Part shown: piece after piece, positions 30,540-38,920 of the stretch
How positions within the stretch are numbered: position 1 is the first letter of the stretch
Layout of the letters: every line of letters begins with the position of its first letter
DNA from: Rikenellaceae bacterium
GTDB taxonomy: Bacteria > Bacteroidota > Bacteroidia > Bacteroidales > Rikenellaceae
NCBI GenBank assembly: GCA_044433305.1
Contig: JAWXTS010000003.1
Span: 417 to 64,416, forward strand
Reading direction: 5' to 3'
Length of the DNA: 64,000 nucleotides
Made by a program: the position numbers and the translations under genes
Notes under the pieces: model-generated
The model's input: only the letters and a program-made list of their open reading frames with translations
Database searches by the model: none
What the model was told of the DNA's origin: nothing

Positions 30540-31849
30540 CGTGTCTTATTATATATTGCCTCTAGGCGGTTGGTTTTGAAATATTGGTATGTTCCACGAA
30601 CAATAATATGCAGAGTGAATGCTGCCCACAACGCGTTATTTCCTATCACAGGTTGCAAGCCATAGAATGTTGCGAAGTAAACGGCCGTGGACCACAACAT
30701 CGAGTTACGCATAATATCGGTTATCGTTGCACCGACCATAACCCCATCGAGCATAAAGGGCATAGCACCTATTATAGGAATGATGATAACCCACCATATA
30801 TATTGTGATGCTATGGCCATAACCTGAGCGTGACTCTCACCCTCGGCCATAAACATATCTAGAATATCTTTCCACCACACAAGGTACAGACCCACAAAAG
30901 CAACTCCGATAATCAGCGACCACTTAAGGCATTTCTGCACACAGCTAACCAGCGACGCACGATCCTTAGCTCCCACGAACCTGCCAGTCAGAGCCTCGGC
31001 AGAGTAAGCAAAGCCATCTGTCATATATGCAAACAAGGTAAATAGCTCAAGAAGCAAGGCGTTTACAGCCAAGATATTTTTGTCGCCCATTCGAGCAGAG
31101 AAAGCTGTGAAGGTGAAATACACAACCACATTGCACGCTGTACGAACGATAATATCGCTATTAACAGAAAACAGTTCTTTAAGTGCCGATGATGCAAATA
31201 TGTTAGATACATTCTTGAATATCAGCGTCTTGCCATAGCGAAAAACAAGTAGGATTACCGAAATCATGACTCCAATCCACTGAGACACAACCGAAGCCAT
31301 AGCGATACCCGTAACACCCATGCCATATTTGTTGGCAAAGATAAGGCTCAGCACAACATGCAGGGTATTGATAAATATCGCCACACCCATAGGGATAATA
31401 GCGTTCTGCATACCATTGAACCAACCATGGAATGCAAAGAGCATGATGCCCGCGGGAATTGCCCAGATACGCGTTTTGGTATATTCCAAAGCTATGTCTC
31501 CACCATTCATAAGCCCGACAGTAACCCTAGATATAGGGTTCTGGAAGATAAGAATCATAATGCCCATAAACAGAGAGATGGCCATGGCGCGAATCAACAT
31601 GTTGCTAGTCTCCTGAAAATCACCACGCCCATAGGCCTGAGCAGTAAGCCCGCTGGTGCCCATACGAATAAAGCTGCTACTCCAATAAATCAAATTGAAA
31701 ATAGATGCACCTATGGCCAGCTCGCCAATAAGTAGTGCCGAGTTACCCTCAAGGTGTCCTGCTATTGCGGTACTCACAATACCCATCAAGGGCACTGTGA
31801 TGTTAGAGATTATATTTGGAATCGCTATGCGAAGAATGGCTTTATTCAT
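30536..31849 (-). CDS. MATE-family efflux transporter
   Basis: 437 aa, 12-TM pattern, N-terminal NKAILRIAIPNIISNITVPLMG typical of MATE (DinF/NorM-like). Confidence 0.88.
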   Translation of the reverse strand: MNKAILRIAIPNIISNITVPLMGIVSTAIAGHLEGNSALLIGELAIGASIFNLIYWSSSFIRMGTSGLTAQAYGRGDFQETSNMLIRAMAISLFMGIMILIFQNPISRVTVGLMNGGDIALEYTKTRIWAIPAGIMLFAFHGWFNGMQNAIIPMGVAIFINTLHVVLSLIFANKYGMGVTGIAMASVVSQWIGVMISVILLVFRYGKTLIFKNVSNIFASSALKELFSVNSDIIVRTACNVVVYFTFTAFSARMGDKNILAVNALLLELFTLFAYMTDGFAYSAEALTGRFVGAKDRASLVSCVQKCLKWSLIIGVAFVGLYLVWWKDILDMFMAEGESHAQVMAIASQYIWWVIIIPIIGAMPFMLDGVMVGATITDIMRNSMLWSTAVYFATFYGLQPVIGNNALWAAFTLHIIVRGTYQYFKTNRLEAIYNKTR

Positions 31850-31870
31850 CTATGTTATATATTAGAGGCG

Positions 31871-31878
31871 CAAAGGTA
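31871..31878 (-). promoter_or_regulatory. -7 promoter box (TACCTTTG) for the MATE / AHCY-like operon
   Basis: TAnnTTTG match on the minus strand, 22 nt upstream of the ATG at 31849. Confidence 0.5.
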
Positions 31879-31918
31879 GCATATTTTTTCGAGAAATTAT
31901 CTAGATGCTCTACCCCTC

Positions 31919-31958
31919 AAAAAAACACAAGGAGCGACTACGCAAAAGTAATCGCTCC
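31919..31958 (-). terminator. Rho-independent terminator after skp
   Basis: Minus strand reads GGAGCGA-14 nt-TCGCTCC followed by TTGTGTTTTTTT, 27 nt after the stop. Confidence 0.7.
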
Positions 31959-31984
31959 CTGATTGTATATCTTTTACCAGACTA

Positions 31985-32566
31985 CTATTTCTTTGTAGCA
32001 GCGTATTTCTCGTTCAAGCCTTTAAGAACATCTGCTGTGATATCCAATTTTGGATTAGCATTGTAAACAGGACCAGAAGCGTTAGTGCTGATGATGATAC
32101 CATAACGGTAGTCCTTGTTAAATTCTTTTAGGTATTCAGTGATAGAATAGTGGATATTGTTCAACATTACTTGCTCCTCTTCTGAAAGCTCTGCCAAAAC
32201 TTGGTCACGTTGTTGAACAAATGTCTGTTGCTTAGTAGTTAGTTGTTGCTCTAGTTCAGCTGCCTGAGCGCGAGTAACAAGACCTTTTTGTACTTTCTCT
32301 TGGTAGCTACGTACATCATTCTCTAGAGAACGGCCCTTGGCTGTAAGATCGCTATCTGCCTTAGTAGCTTTTGACTCGAAAGAGGTTCTAAGGTCTAAGT
32401 ACATATTGTAGCCGCTAACCAAAGAATCAATATTGAAGTATGCAACATCGCTACTTGCTACCGATTCAGCAGCAGGAGCTGTTGTAGATACGGTTTGATT
32501 TTTGTCTGCACAACCTACTGCAAACATCATTGCAGCAGCTGAAGCAACTAAAAGTAATTTTTTCAT
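31985..32566 (-). CDS. OmpH/Skp-family periplasmic chaperone (lipoprotein form)
   Basis: 193 aa. Signal peptide with Cys (FAVGC), a long coiled-coil rich in Q/E/K, and highly biased codon use. Confidence 0.8.
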   Translation of the reverse strand: MKKLLLVASAAAMMFAVGCADKNQTVSTTAPAAESVASSDVAYFNIDSLVSGYNMYLDLRTSFESKATKADSDLTAKGRSLENDVRSYQEKVQKGLVTRAQAAELEQQLTTKQQTFVQQRDQVLAELSEEEQVMLNNIHYSITEYLKEFNKDYRYGIIISTNASGPVYNANPKLDITADVLKGLNEKYAATKK

Positions 32567-32592
32567 CGTAATTAATATTGTTTATTAGGCTA

Positions 32593-32600
32593 CAAATATA
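32593..32600 (-). promoter_or_regulatory. -7 promoter box (TATATTTG) for skp
   Basis: TAnnTTTG match on the minus strand, 27 nt upstream of the ATG. Confidence 0.5.
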
Positions 32601-32655
32601 TAACTTTTGCGTTATGATAACAATTTTTACAAGATAACTTTTGAAAATTTTAGTT

Positions 32656-32663
32656 TATATTTG
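32656..32663 (+). promoter_or_regulatory. -7 promoter box (TATATTTG) for ruvA
   Basis: TAnnTTTG match 27 nt upstream of the ATG at 32690. Confidence 0.5.
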
Positions 32664-32689
32664 CAGTTATAGATTAAAATTAGCTAGAC

Positions 32690-33280
32690 ATGTACGAATA
32701 TATAAGCGGCAAGGTTGCCGAACTAACACCAACTTATGCAGTTATAGATTGTTCTGGAGTGGGATATTTCCTCAACATTTCTCTACAAACATACTCAGAG
32801 ATAGGCTCTCTATCTGAGTTCAAGCTATATGTTCATTACATAGTGCGCGAAGATGTGCAAGTATTCTATGGCTTTAGCAGCAAGCAGGAGCGCGAACTAT
32901 TTCGCTCATTGATAAGCGTTTCGGGCGTGGGTGGCGGAACCGCACGCATGATTCTATCTACCTACCAAACCGCAGAGCTAGAGAACATCATCGTTCAAGG
33001 CAACTCCTCTCTACTTAGCAAGGTCAAGGGACTTGGCGTCAAAACATCGCAGAAGATTATCGTCGAACTGAGAGACAAGATTCAAAAAGGAAGCACCCCA
33101 GTGTCACTATCAAGCGTCACAGCGGCCGCCTCAAGCGCGAGCTTTGACGAGGCTGTGGCCGCGCTTCTGATGCTTGGATTCACAAAGCAGGCCTCCGAAA
33201 AGGCCATACTTTCTGTTATCAAGGAGAACCCTGCTGCCGCAGTTGAGCAGGTGGTACGTCTATCGCTTAAGAAGATGTAG
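32690..33280 (+). CDS. ruvA: Holliday junction branch-migration complex subunit RuvA
   Basis: 196 aa. MYEYISGKV start, OB domain, tandem HhH (ISVSGVGGGTA, VKGLGVKTSQKI), domain III. Confidence 0.93.
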   Translation: MYEYISGKVAELTPTYAVIDCSGVGYFLNISLQTYSEIGSLSEFKLYVHYIVREDVQVFYGFSSKQERELFRSLISVSGVGGGTARMILSTYQTAELENIIVQGNSSLLSKVKGLGVKTSQKIIVELRDKIQKGSTPVSLSSVTAAASSASFDEAVAALLMLGFTKQASEKAILSVIKENPAAAVEQVVRLSLKKM

Positions 33281-33284
33281 AACC

Positions 33285-34121
33285 CTAGTTCTTAACACCC
33301 TTAAGCATTGCCCAGCCGTCTTTTTCGAGTTTGCTAGATATGCTCACTCCAACCTCAGCACACTTGTTTGTTATGGTCTGAATATCGTTTTGCAGGATTC
33401 CACTAAGAAGTATCACCCCGCCAGAAACAAGTGTTGCTGCATAGCGGCGCAAGTCATTAAGCAAAATATTACGGTTTATGTTGGCTAGTATAAAGTCATA
33501 GCTACGACCCTCGATAGTGCTGGCATCACCCAAGATAGGGGTCACAAGACCGCTGACACCATTCTGCTCTATATTCTCGCCACAGTTTTCATAGGCCCAC
33601 TCATCAATATCTATGGCATCGACGCTCTGTGCTCCAAGCTTAGCCGCAAGTATAGCCAACACACCTGTGCCACTACCCATATCAAGGCCTAAAGCACCAT
33701 CAAAAAGCTCCTTGCCACCATCCAAGATGCCACATACCATAAGGAAGGTCGTGGCATGGTGGCCCGTACCGAAGGACATCTTAGGCATAATAACAACCTC
33801 GTGTTCATAACCCTCAACACTATCATGAAAAGGCGCGCGTATCAGACAGCGTCCATCAACATCAATCTCAGGGAAGTTAGATTCCCAAAGGGCATTCCAG
33901 TTCTGAGCCTCAATCTTAGTCTTGTAATATACAAAGCCCAAATCCTGCACAAGCTGCTCTATGTCGTCTCTAAACTGACTCTCAAGAACAGAGGTAATAT
34001 AGCACTTCACGCCTTGCTCGTCTTGTTCAAACGACTCGAAACCAACCTCGGCAAGCTCGGCCATAACTATCTCCGCGCTCTGCTCAGAGGGTGTTTCAAA
34101 AAAATATTCAAAATAATCCAT
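33285..34121 (-). CDS. prmA: Ribosomal protein L11 methyltransferase
   Basis: 278 aa. PrmA N-domain, HHATT block, SAM loop DMGSGTGVLAI. Confidence 0.9.
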   Translation of the reverse strand: MDYFEYFFETPSEQSAEIVMAELAEVGFESFEQDEQGVKCYITSVLESQFRDDIEQLVQDLGFVYYKTKIEAQNWNALWESNFPEIDVDGRCLIRAPFHDSVEGYEHEVVIMPKMSFGTGHHATTFLMVCGILDGGKELFDGALGLDMGSGTGVLAILAAKLGAQSVDAIDIDEWAYENCGENIEQNGVSGLVTPILGDASTIEGRSYDFILANINRNILLNDLRRYAATLVSGGVILLSGILQNDIQTITNKCAEVGVSISSKLEKDGWAMLKGVKN

Positions 34122-34143
34122 AGTAGAATGTTTGTTTTAACTG

Positions 34144-34151
34144 CAAATGTA
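34144..34151 (-). promoter_or_regulatory. -7 promoter box (TACATTTG) for prmA
   Basis: TAnnTTTG match on the minus strand, 23 nt upstream of the ATG at 34121. Confidence 0.5.
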
Positions 34152-34165
34152 GTAATTTTATCAGT

Positions 34166-35068
34166 ATGAATTGGGAAAAACATATTACAGATTTCGAGGT
34201 TTACCTATCTCTAGAGAAAAGACTCTCTAAAAATACCACTGTGGGCTATGTTCACGACATAAAAGTTTTTGCAGAATATATGCAGGAGCAATATCAGTGT
34301 ACCCCAAATCAGGTTCTATCTCAGCACATAGAATCATTTCTCGCCACTCTACTCGACCGTAAGCTTTCTAAGACCTCTCAGGCCAGAATGTTAAGCAGCC
34401 TAAGGAGCTTCTACAAGTTCATGCTTTTGAACAAGCATATAGAAACCATGCCCACAGAATTTATCGACAACCCAAAGATAGGGCGCAAACTGCCCGAAGT
34501 GCTATCAGCAAAAGAAATAGATGATATAATAAACGCCATAGATTTAAGCGATAAATTTGGCCACCGCAACCAAGCCATAGTAGAAACTCTCTACGGCTGT
34601 GGGCTGCGCGTAAGCGAGCTTACAACACTTCGCCTGTCAGATTTGTTCTTCAATGATGGATTCATTAGAGTCATAGGCAAGGGCAACAAGCAACGCCTAG
34701 TGCCCATAGGTGAAGGTGCGATAAAAAGCATAGAACTATATATCAGCTGCCGCAAGCTGCTCAAGTACAGCCCCAAAAGTGGGGACATACTCTTTCTAAA
34801 CAACAATGGACACCCACTGACTCGCGTAATGATATTCTACATAGTAAGAGACGCTGCTATCAGGGCAGGCATAACAAAGCACATCAGCCCACACACCTTT
34901 CGTCATTCCTTTGCCACCCACCTACTAGAGGGGGGAGTCGACATACGACAAGTGCAGGAGATGTTGGGCCACGAGTCCATAATAACAACAGAGATTTATA
35001 CTCACCTCGACCGCAAGCATCTGCGCGACACCCTAGCCAAGTTCCACCCACTGGGCGAGAACAACTAA
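34166..35068 (+). CDS. xerD: Site-specific tyrosine recombinase XerD (chromosome dimer resolution)
   Basis: 300 aa. SAM-like N-domain and catalytic R..HxxR..Y (GLRVSEL, HTFRHSFATHLL, EIYTHL). Confidence 0.85.
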   Translation: MNWEKHITDFEVYLSLEKRLSKNTTVGYVHDIKVFAEYMQEQYQCTPNQVLSQHIESFLATLLDRKLSKTSQARMLSSLRSFYKFMLLNKHIETMPTEFIDNPKIGRKLPEVLSAKEIDDIINAIDLSDKFGHRNQAIVETLYGCGLRVSELTTLRLSDLFFNDGFIRVIGKGNKQRLVPIGEGAIKSIELYISCRKLLKYSPKSGDILFLNNNGHPLTRVMIFYIVRDAAIRAGITKHISPHTFRHSFATHLLEGGVDIRQVQEMLGHESIITTEIYTHLDRKHLRDTLAKFHPLGENN

Positions 35069-35611
35069 CTAGCGAGATGCCACACCTAGGTCCTTCTGAC
35101 CAAAGGTAGGCCAATCACCACGAGCGCGCAACACCTGCTCTATGATGTCACGACCGCATCCCTCACCGCCCTTGCACTGAGAAACATAGCGCGCAGCACT
35201 GATAACCTCAACAGCGGCATCAGAGGGACAGGCACTCATATCTAGATACATCATAGGCTCAACATCGGGAATATCGTCACCCATATATATAACCTCGTCT
35301 CTGCCCAGGCTAAGCTTGCCCAACAGGTCTTTCATGGCATCGAGCTTCTCATAGCAGTTCATGTATATATGCTCGTTCTTTATGCCCAAGACCTCTAGCC
35401 TCAACTTCAAACAGTGACCTCTGCCACCAGTGATTATAGCCACCGTATAACCTTGTTTCAAGGCATACGATATAGCGAAACCATCGCGCGCACAGAACCT
35501 ACGTATAAAATCGCCATCGGCAGTAACTGTGATACCGCCATCTGTAAGCACGCCATCGACGTCGAAAACAAAGGCCTTAATTTTTGCTATATCTTCTTTG
35601 AAGTTTCCCAT
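35069..35611 (-). CDS. kdsC: KDO 8-phosphate phosphatase (HAD superfamily)
   Basis: 180 aa with FDVDGVLTDG motif I, YMGDDIPD motif and KdsC size. Confidence 0.85.
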   Translation of the reverse strand: MGNFKEDIAKIKAFVFDVDGVLTDGGITVTADGDFIRRFCARDGFAISYALKQGYTVAIITGGRGHCLKLRLEVLGIKNEHIYMNCYEKLDAMKDLLGKLSLGRDEVIYMGDDIPDVEPMMYLDMSACPSDAAVEVISAARYVSQCKGGEGCGRDIIEQVLRARGDWPTFGQKDLGVASR

Positions 35612-36363
35612 ATATTTTGACTTAAGATTTTATAAATATTTTTCAGCACTGGCTCATTGTCTAGCATCTCTAGATGTCTGGTCTTAGTGCGAAAATCGTT
35701 TCTTACTGCTGGTCCCGTCTGCACATCCACTGCTCGCTCGCTCTGCATAGCCTTCTCTATCGTCTGCTCTACCAGTGGGCGCAATAGGCTATTGTCTACC
35801 TTGGCCGAGCTACAAAGCTGCTCTGAGATGACCAACATGTGATTGATAAAGTTGCACGCAAATACGGCTGCAACATGTATTCTCATTCGCTGCTCTGAGT
35901 TAACCTCAAAGATATTATCCGACAATGCTCCAGCAACAGCACGCACAGCCTTTAGTGTTAATATGTTGTTTGCCTCAATAAGAAATGGCGTGGTCTTAAG
36001 ATTTACATCTATGCCCTTGGAGAATGTTTGCAGCGGATAAAGAACACCCTTATTTCTTACATGAACACCAATCTCATCCATGCTAACGCTGCCCGCCGTA
36101 TGAACAACAATATCATCGGGAGCAAAATCTATTTTTGAGATAAGGGTACTTATAACCCCATCGCTCACAGCAACAATATACATATCAGCCTTACACAAAG
36201 CCCTAGGGTCGTTGGTAGTACTACAACCATCAACCTTGCTGGCTATCTTCGAGCCTTCTATCATATTGCGTGCAAAAACCTGCACTACTTTAATTTGGGT
36301 TTGAGCTAGTTTTTCTACCAGAGCAGAGGCAACATTACCGCTTCCTATTATAACTACGTTCAT
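35587..36363 (-). CDS. Rossmann-fold / DUF2520-type putative oxidoreductase
   Basis: 258 aa. N-terminal VVIIGSGNVASAL dinucleotide loop and a C-terminal helical DUF2520-like half. 25-nt overlap with kdsC. Confidence 0.6.
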   Translation of the reverse strand: MNVVIIGSGNVASALVEKLAQTQIKVVQVFARNMIEGSKIASKVDGCSTTNDPRALCKADMYIVAVSDGVISTLISKIDFAPDDIVVHTAGSVSMDEIGVHVRNKGVLYPLQTFSKGIDVNLKTTPFLIEANNILTLKAVRAVAGALSDNIFEVNSEQRMRIHVAAVFACNFINHMLVISEQLCSSAKVDNSLLRPLVEQTIEKAMQSERAVDVQTGPAVRNDFRTKTRHLEMLDNEPVLKNIYKILSQNIWETSKKI

Positions 36364-36372
36364 AGCAAGTGT

Positions 36373-37677
36373 TTAGATTTTTATATCTACAAGAGGGATA
36401 TTTTGGGGTGAGTTCTTAATCAAATCGTTCAACTGTTCGGTAATGCTTTCTATCTTGACAAATTCTTTGCTCTGTTCAAGATTCAGCTCGTGACCTCCAT
36501 TATTTTCTACTCGCGAGAGAACGTCTGTGATGGTCAAGCCACTAACATCCATTGCTGGCAGGTAGGTGTTGACCTTATTATTATCATTATATATAGATAC
36601 TATAAGTTCGGCTTTCTCCAAATCGAACAATGCCTCACGGGCCATCCTCACAGGTATTCCCAGCTCCTTGGATATCGATTCGGAGTTGAGCGGTGGCAAC
36701 ATATCCACAAAATGACGAGATATGATATACATCACGCAAAGGTTGATTTTACGTCGATAGTCATAGCTAACCTCTGAGACCAGCTTCTCATATTCATACT
36801 TACCGACATTCTGGTAGGCAAACGACAGCTCGGCACCAACAAGCAGTATCTGCCAGCTTGTTTGCAGCCATATCAAGAACAATGGCAAGGCAGCAAAGCT
36901 ACCATAGATGGCATTGTAAGTCGATACCGACGACTGTATATAGATGTATATAACCTGAAAAATCTGAAATCCTGAGCCTGCGATAATACCTGCACTAAGG
37001 GCACTAGAGAACTTGACCTTTGTGTTGGGCATGACCTTATACACTACGGCAAACATCAACCACACCGCAATGACAGACATGCACCAAAAGAACCAGTCTC
37101 CAATCTGAGTGTCAGCCAGCGGCAGCGAGTTTTTCACATAAAGTATCATGCTATTGGATACGGTGAGCAGGATAGGCACCAAGAAGATGATGGCCGTATA
37201 ATCGCTGAACATACGAGCTATGGAGCGTGATTTTTTGACCTCCCAGATACTATTAAACGCACCCTCGATATTACTAAAGACCTTCATTGCCGACCACAGC
37301 AACACCACCGAACCAACCGAGGCGATGATTCCTCCGCGCGTTCTCTCCAACATGGCGTGTGCAACTTCTATAAACTGATCTACGGCATAGTCATACTGTG
37401 GAAACTGTGCATAGAGATAATCATTTATGACCTTCTCTACCCCGAATCCCTTGGCCACGGCAAAAAACAGAGCAGCAACGGGCACAACCGCTACAATAGA
37501 GTAGAAGGCCAAGGCTGCCGAACGAGCCATGATGCTGTGCTCGCCAAAGCCCTGAAACATAAATAGAATGACCTTGAACTGACGAACAGCCCAACGCACC
37601 TTCTTAGATTTATATTCATGTTCGTGCTTGCGCCAGATTCCCTCTGTAACAAAGCTAAGGATTTTTTTCAGCATCAA
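36373..37677 (-). CDS. YihY/BrkB-family membrane protein with C-terminal Rrf2-like winged-helix extension
   Basis: 434 aa. Residues ~1-290 form a 6-TM YihY pattern. Residues ~305-395 align by eye to the Rrf2/IscR wHTH. Confidence 0.7.
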   Translation of the reverse strand: MMLKKILSFVTEGIWRKHEHEYKSKKVRWAVRQFKVILFMFQGFGEHSIMARSAALAFYSIVAVVPVAALFFAVAKGFGVEKVINDYLYAQFPQYDYAVDQFIEVAHAMLERTRGGIIASVGSVVLLWSAMKVFSNIEGAFNSIWEVKKSRSIARMFSDYTAIIFLVPILLTVSNSMILYVKNSLPLADTQIGDWFFWCMSVIAVWLMFAVVYKVMPNTKVKFSSALSAGIIAGSGFQIFQVIYIYIQSSVSTYNAIYGSFAALPLFLIWLQTSWQILLVGAELSFAYQNVGKYEYEKLVSEVSYDYRRKINLCVMYIISRHFVDMLPPLNSESISKELGIPVRMAREALFDLEKAELIVSIYNDNNKVNTYLPAMDVSGLTITDVLSRVENNGGHELNLEQSKEFVKIESITEQLNDLIKNSPQNIPLVDIKI

Positions 37678-37705
37678 TAAAGGATTAATATACCACGAAA
37701 CAAAG

Positions 37706-38920
37706 TTATAATTTTTTGCCTATAAAAACAATATAGCTCTCTTGTTTTATTCTTGTAAAAGCGATAAGATTGTCGCCTCCAATGGATATACCCATGCTTT
37801 TTGCCAGTGCGTCGTTGCTCATATTCATATTATGCTGCATCAGCGTGGCTCGCTTGATACCTCTAAGGCTCAACTCTTTTTTTAGTTTCTTGGCCTTAAA
37901 CACCTCCATATTTTCTATCTCAAAGACACGACCAAAGAAGTTTTCGGGCAGATGGTTAGTAAAGCCATAACCGTTCTGCGAGTCGATAAAAGCATGCTCA
38001 CCAAGGCTGCGAACATAGGACTCGACCATGCGCGCCTTGTACATAGCCACATCGGGCAGCAGCATATATTTATATGGCAGCGCAAAGGCAGCTCCATTAT
38101 CACACTTATAGCCTAAATCGAAGCATCGTTGGCCAAGCTCGCTAGAGACGACCTGCACGCGTGCCTTGCTCTGACTACCAAAAGTTCTATCTACAACGAC
38201 CTCCTTACATTCTGCGCGCGAGGACACCACCTGCGCCTCTACGCCCTGCTCTCCAAACACAGCGAACAGCTCGCTGACCTCGAACAGTGGCGAGCACTTA
38301 ACAACAACACGCCTTGCGCAAACTTCTATACTATCAAGCATAGGTACTATGTCGGGTGAGCAGCTTGCAAAACCAACGGTTTTCTTGCCCGCGCTATCGC
38401 GGCGTGCAGGGTCCACATACAGCAAATCGGCCTTGGGAGCATCGCCACTCAACACACTGCTTGCATACTCAGAAACAAAATCCTCAGAGTTTCCAGCCCT
38501 TACCTCAACATTATTAACACCCAAAAGGCTAAAGTTATAACGTGCAATATCTACCAGTAGCTCATTACGCTCTACGGTAATGACTCTATCAAAACGCCCA
38601 GCAAAATTTATTACATCCACACCCAAGCCACAAGTCAAATCTAAACACAAGGCTCCCGAATACTCCTTGGTCTTGGACACAATGCTGCTGCTCGACTGCT
38701 CAAAAGCCAACGGCTCTATGATGCAGCGATTAAGGTAGTAACTCGGAATCTTCGTTTTGGCGCGCTCCAAGTATTTTATCTGAGTGGCAAGCGTCGAGGC
38801 AAAAGAGCCAAACTCTCCACGCAGCTGCATGGCAGCACGAGCAGGGTCTGTATCTATATACTTGTTTATAGCCTCGCGGGCAGCAGGTGTCTTTAGAAAT
38901 TCGAGTTCTTCAATCGTCAT
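37706..38920 (-). CDS. Class I SAM-dependent methyltransferase with C-terminal THUMP-like region
   Basis: 404 aa. SAM motif I LDLTCGLGVD and motif LLYVDPARR. 11-nt overlap with comEC. Confidence 0.65.
   Translation of the reverse strand: MTIEELEFLKTPAAREAINKYIDTDPARAAMQLRGEFGSFASTLATQIKYLERAKTKIPSYYLNRCIIEPLAFEQSSSSIVSKTKEYSGALCLDLTCGLGVDVINFAGRFDRVITVERNELLVDIARYNFSLLGVNNVEVRAGNSEDFVSEYASSVLSGDAPKADLLYVDPARRDSAGKKTVGFASCSPDIVPMLDSIEVCARRVVVKCSPLFEVSELFAVFGEQGVEAQVVSSRAECKEVVVDRTFGSQSKARVQVVSSELGQRCFDLGYKCDNGAAFALPYKYMLLPDVAMYKARMVESYVRSLGEHAFIDSQNGYGFTNHLPENFFGRVFEIENMEVFKAKKLKKELSLRGIKRATLMQHNMNMSNDALAKSMGISIGGDNLIAFTRIKQESYIVFIGKKL

Noticed and set aside
34166-35068. Tyrosine recombinase as a possible marker of an integrated mobile element
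   Set aside because: Its size and motifs fit housekeeping XerD. It is flanked by prmA, ruvA and kdsC with 0-44 nt spacers, and there are no att-like repeats, cargo genes or compositional break.
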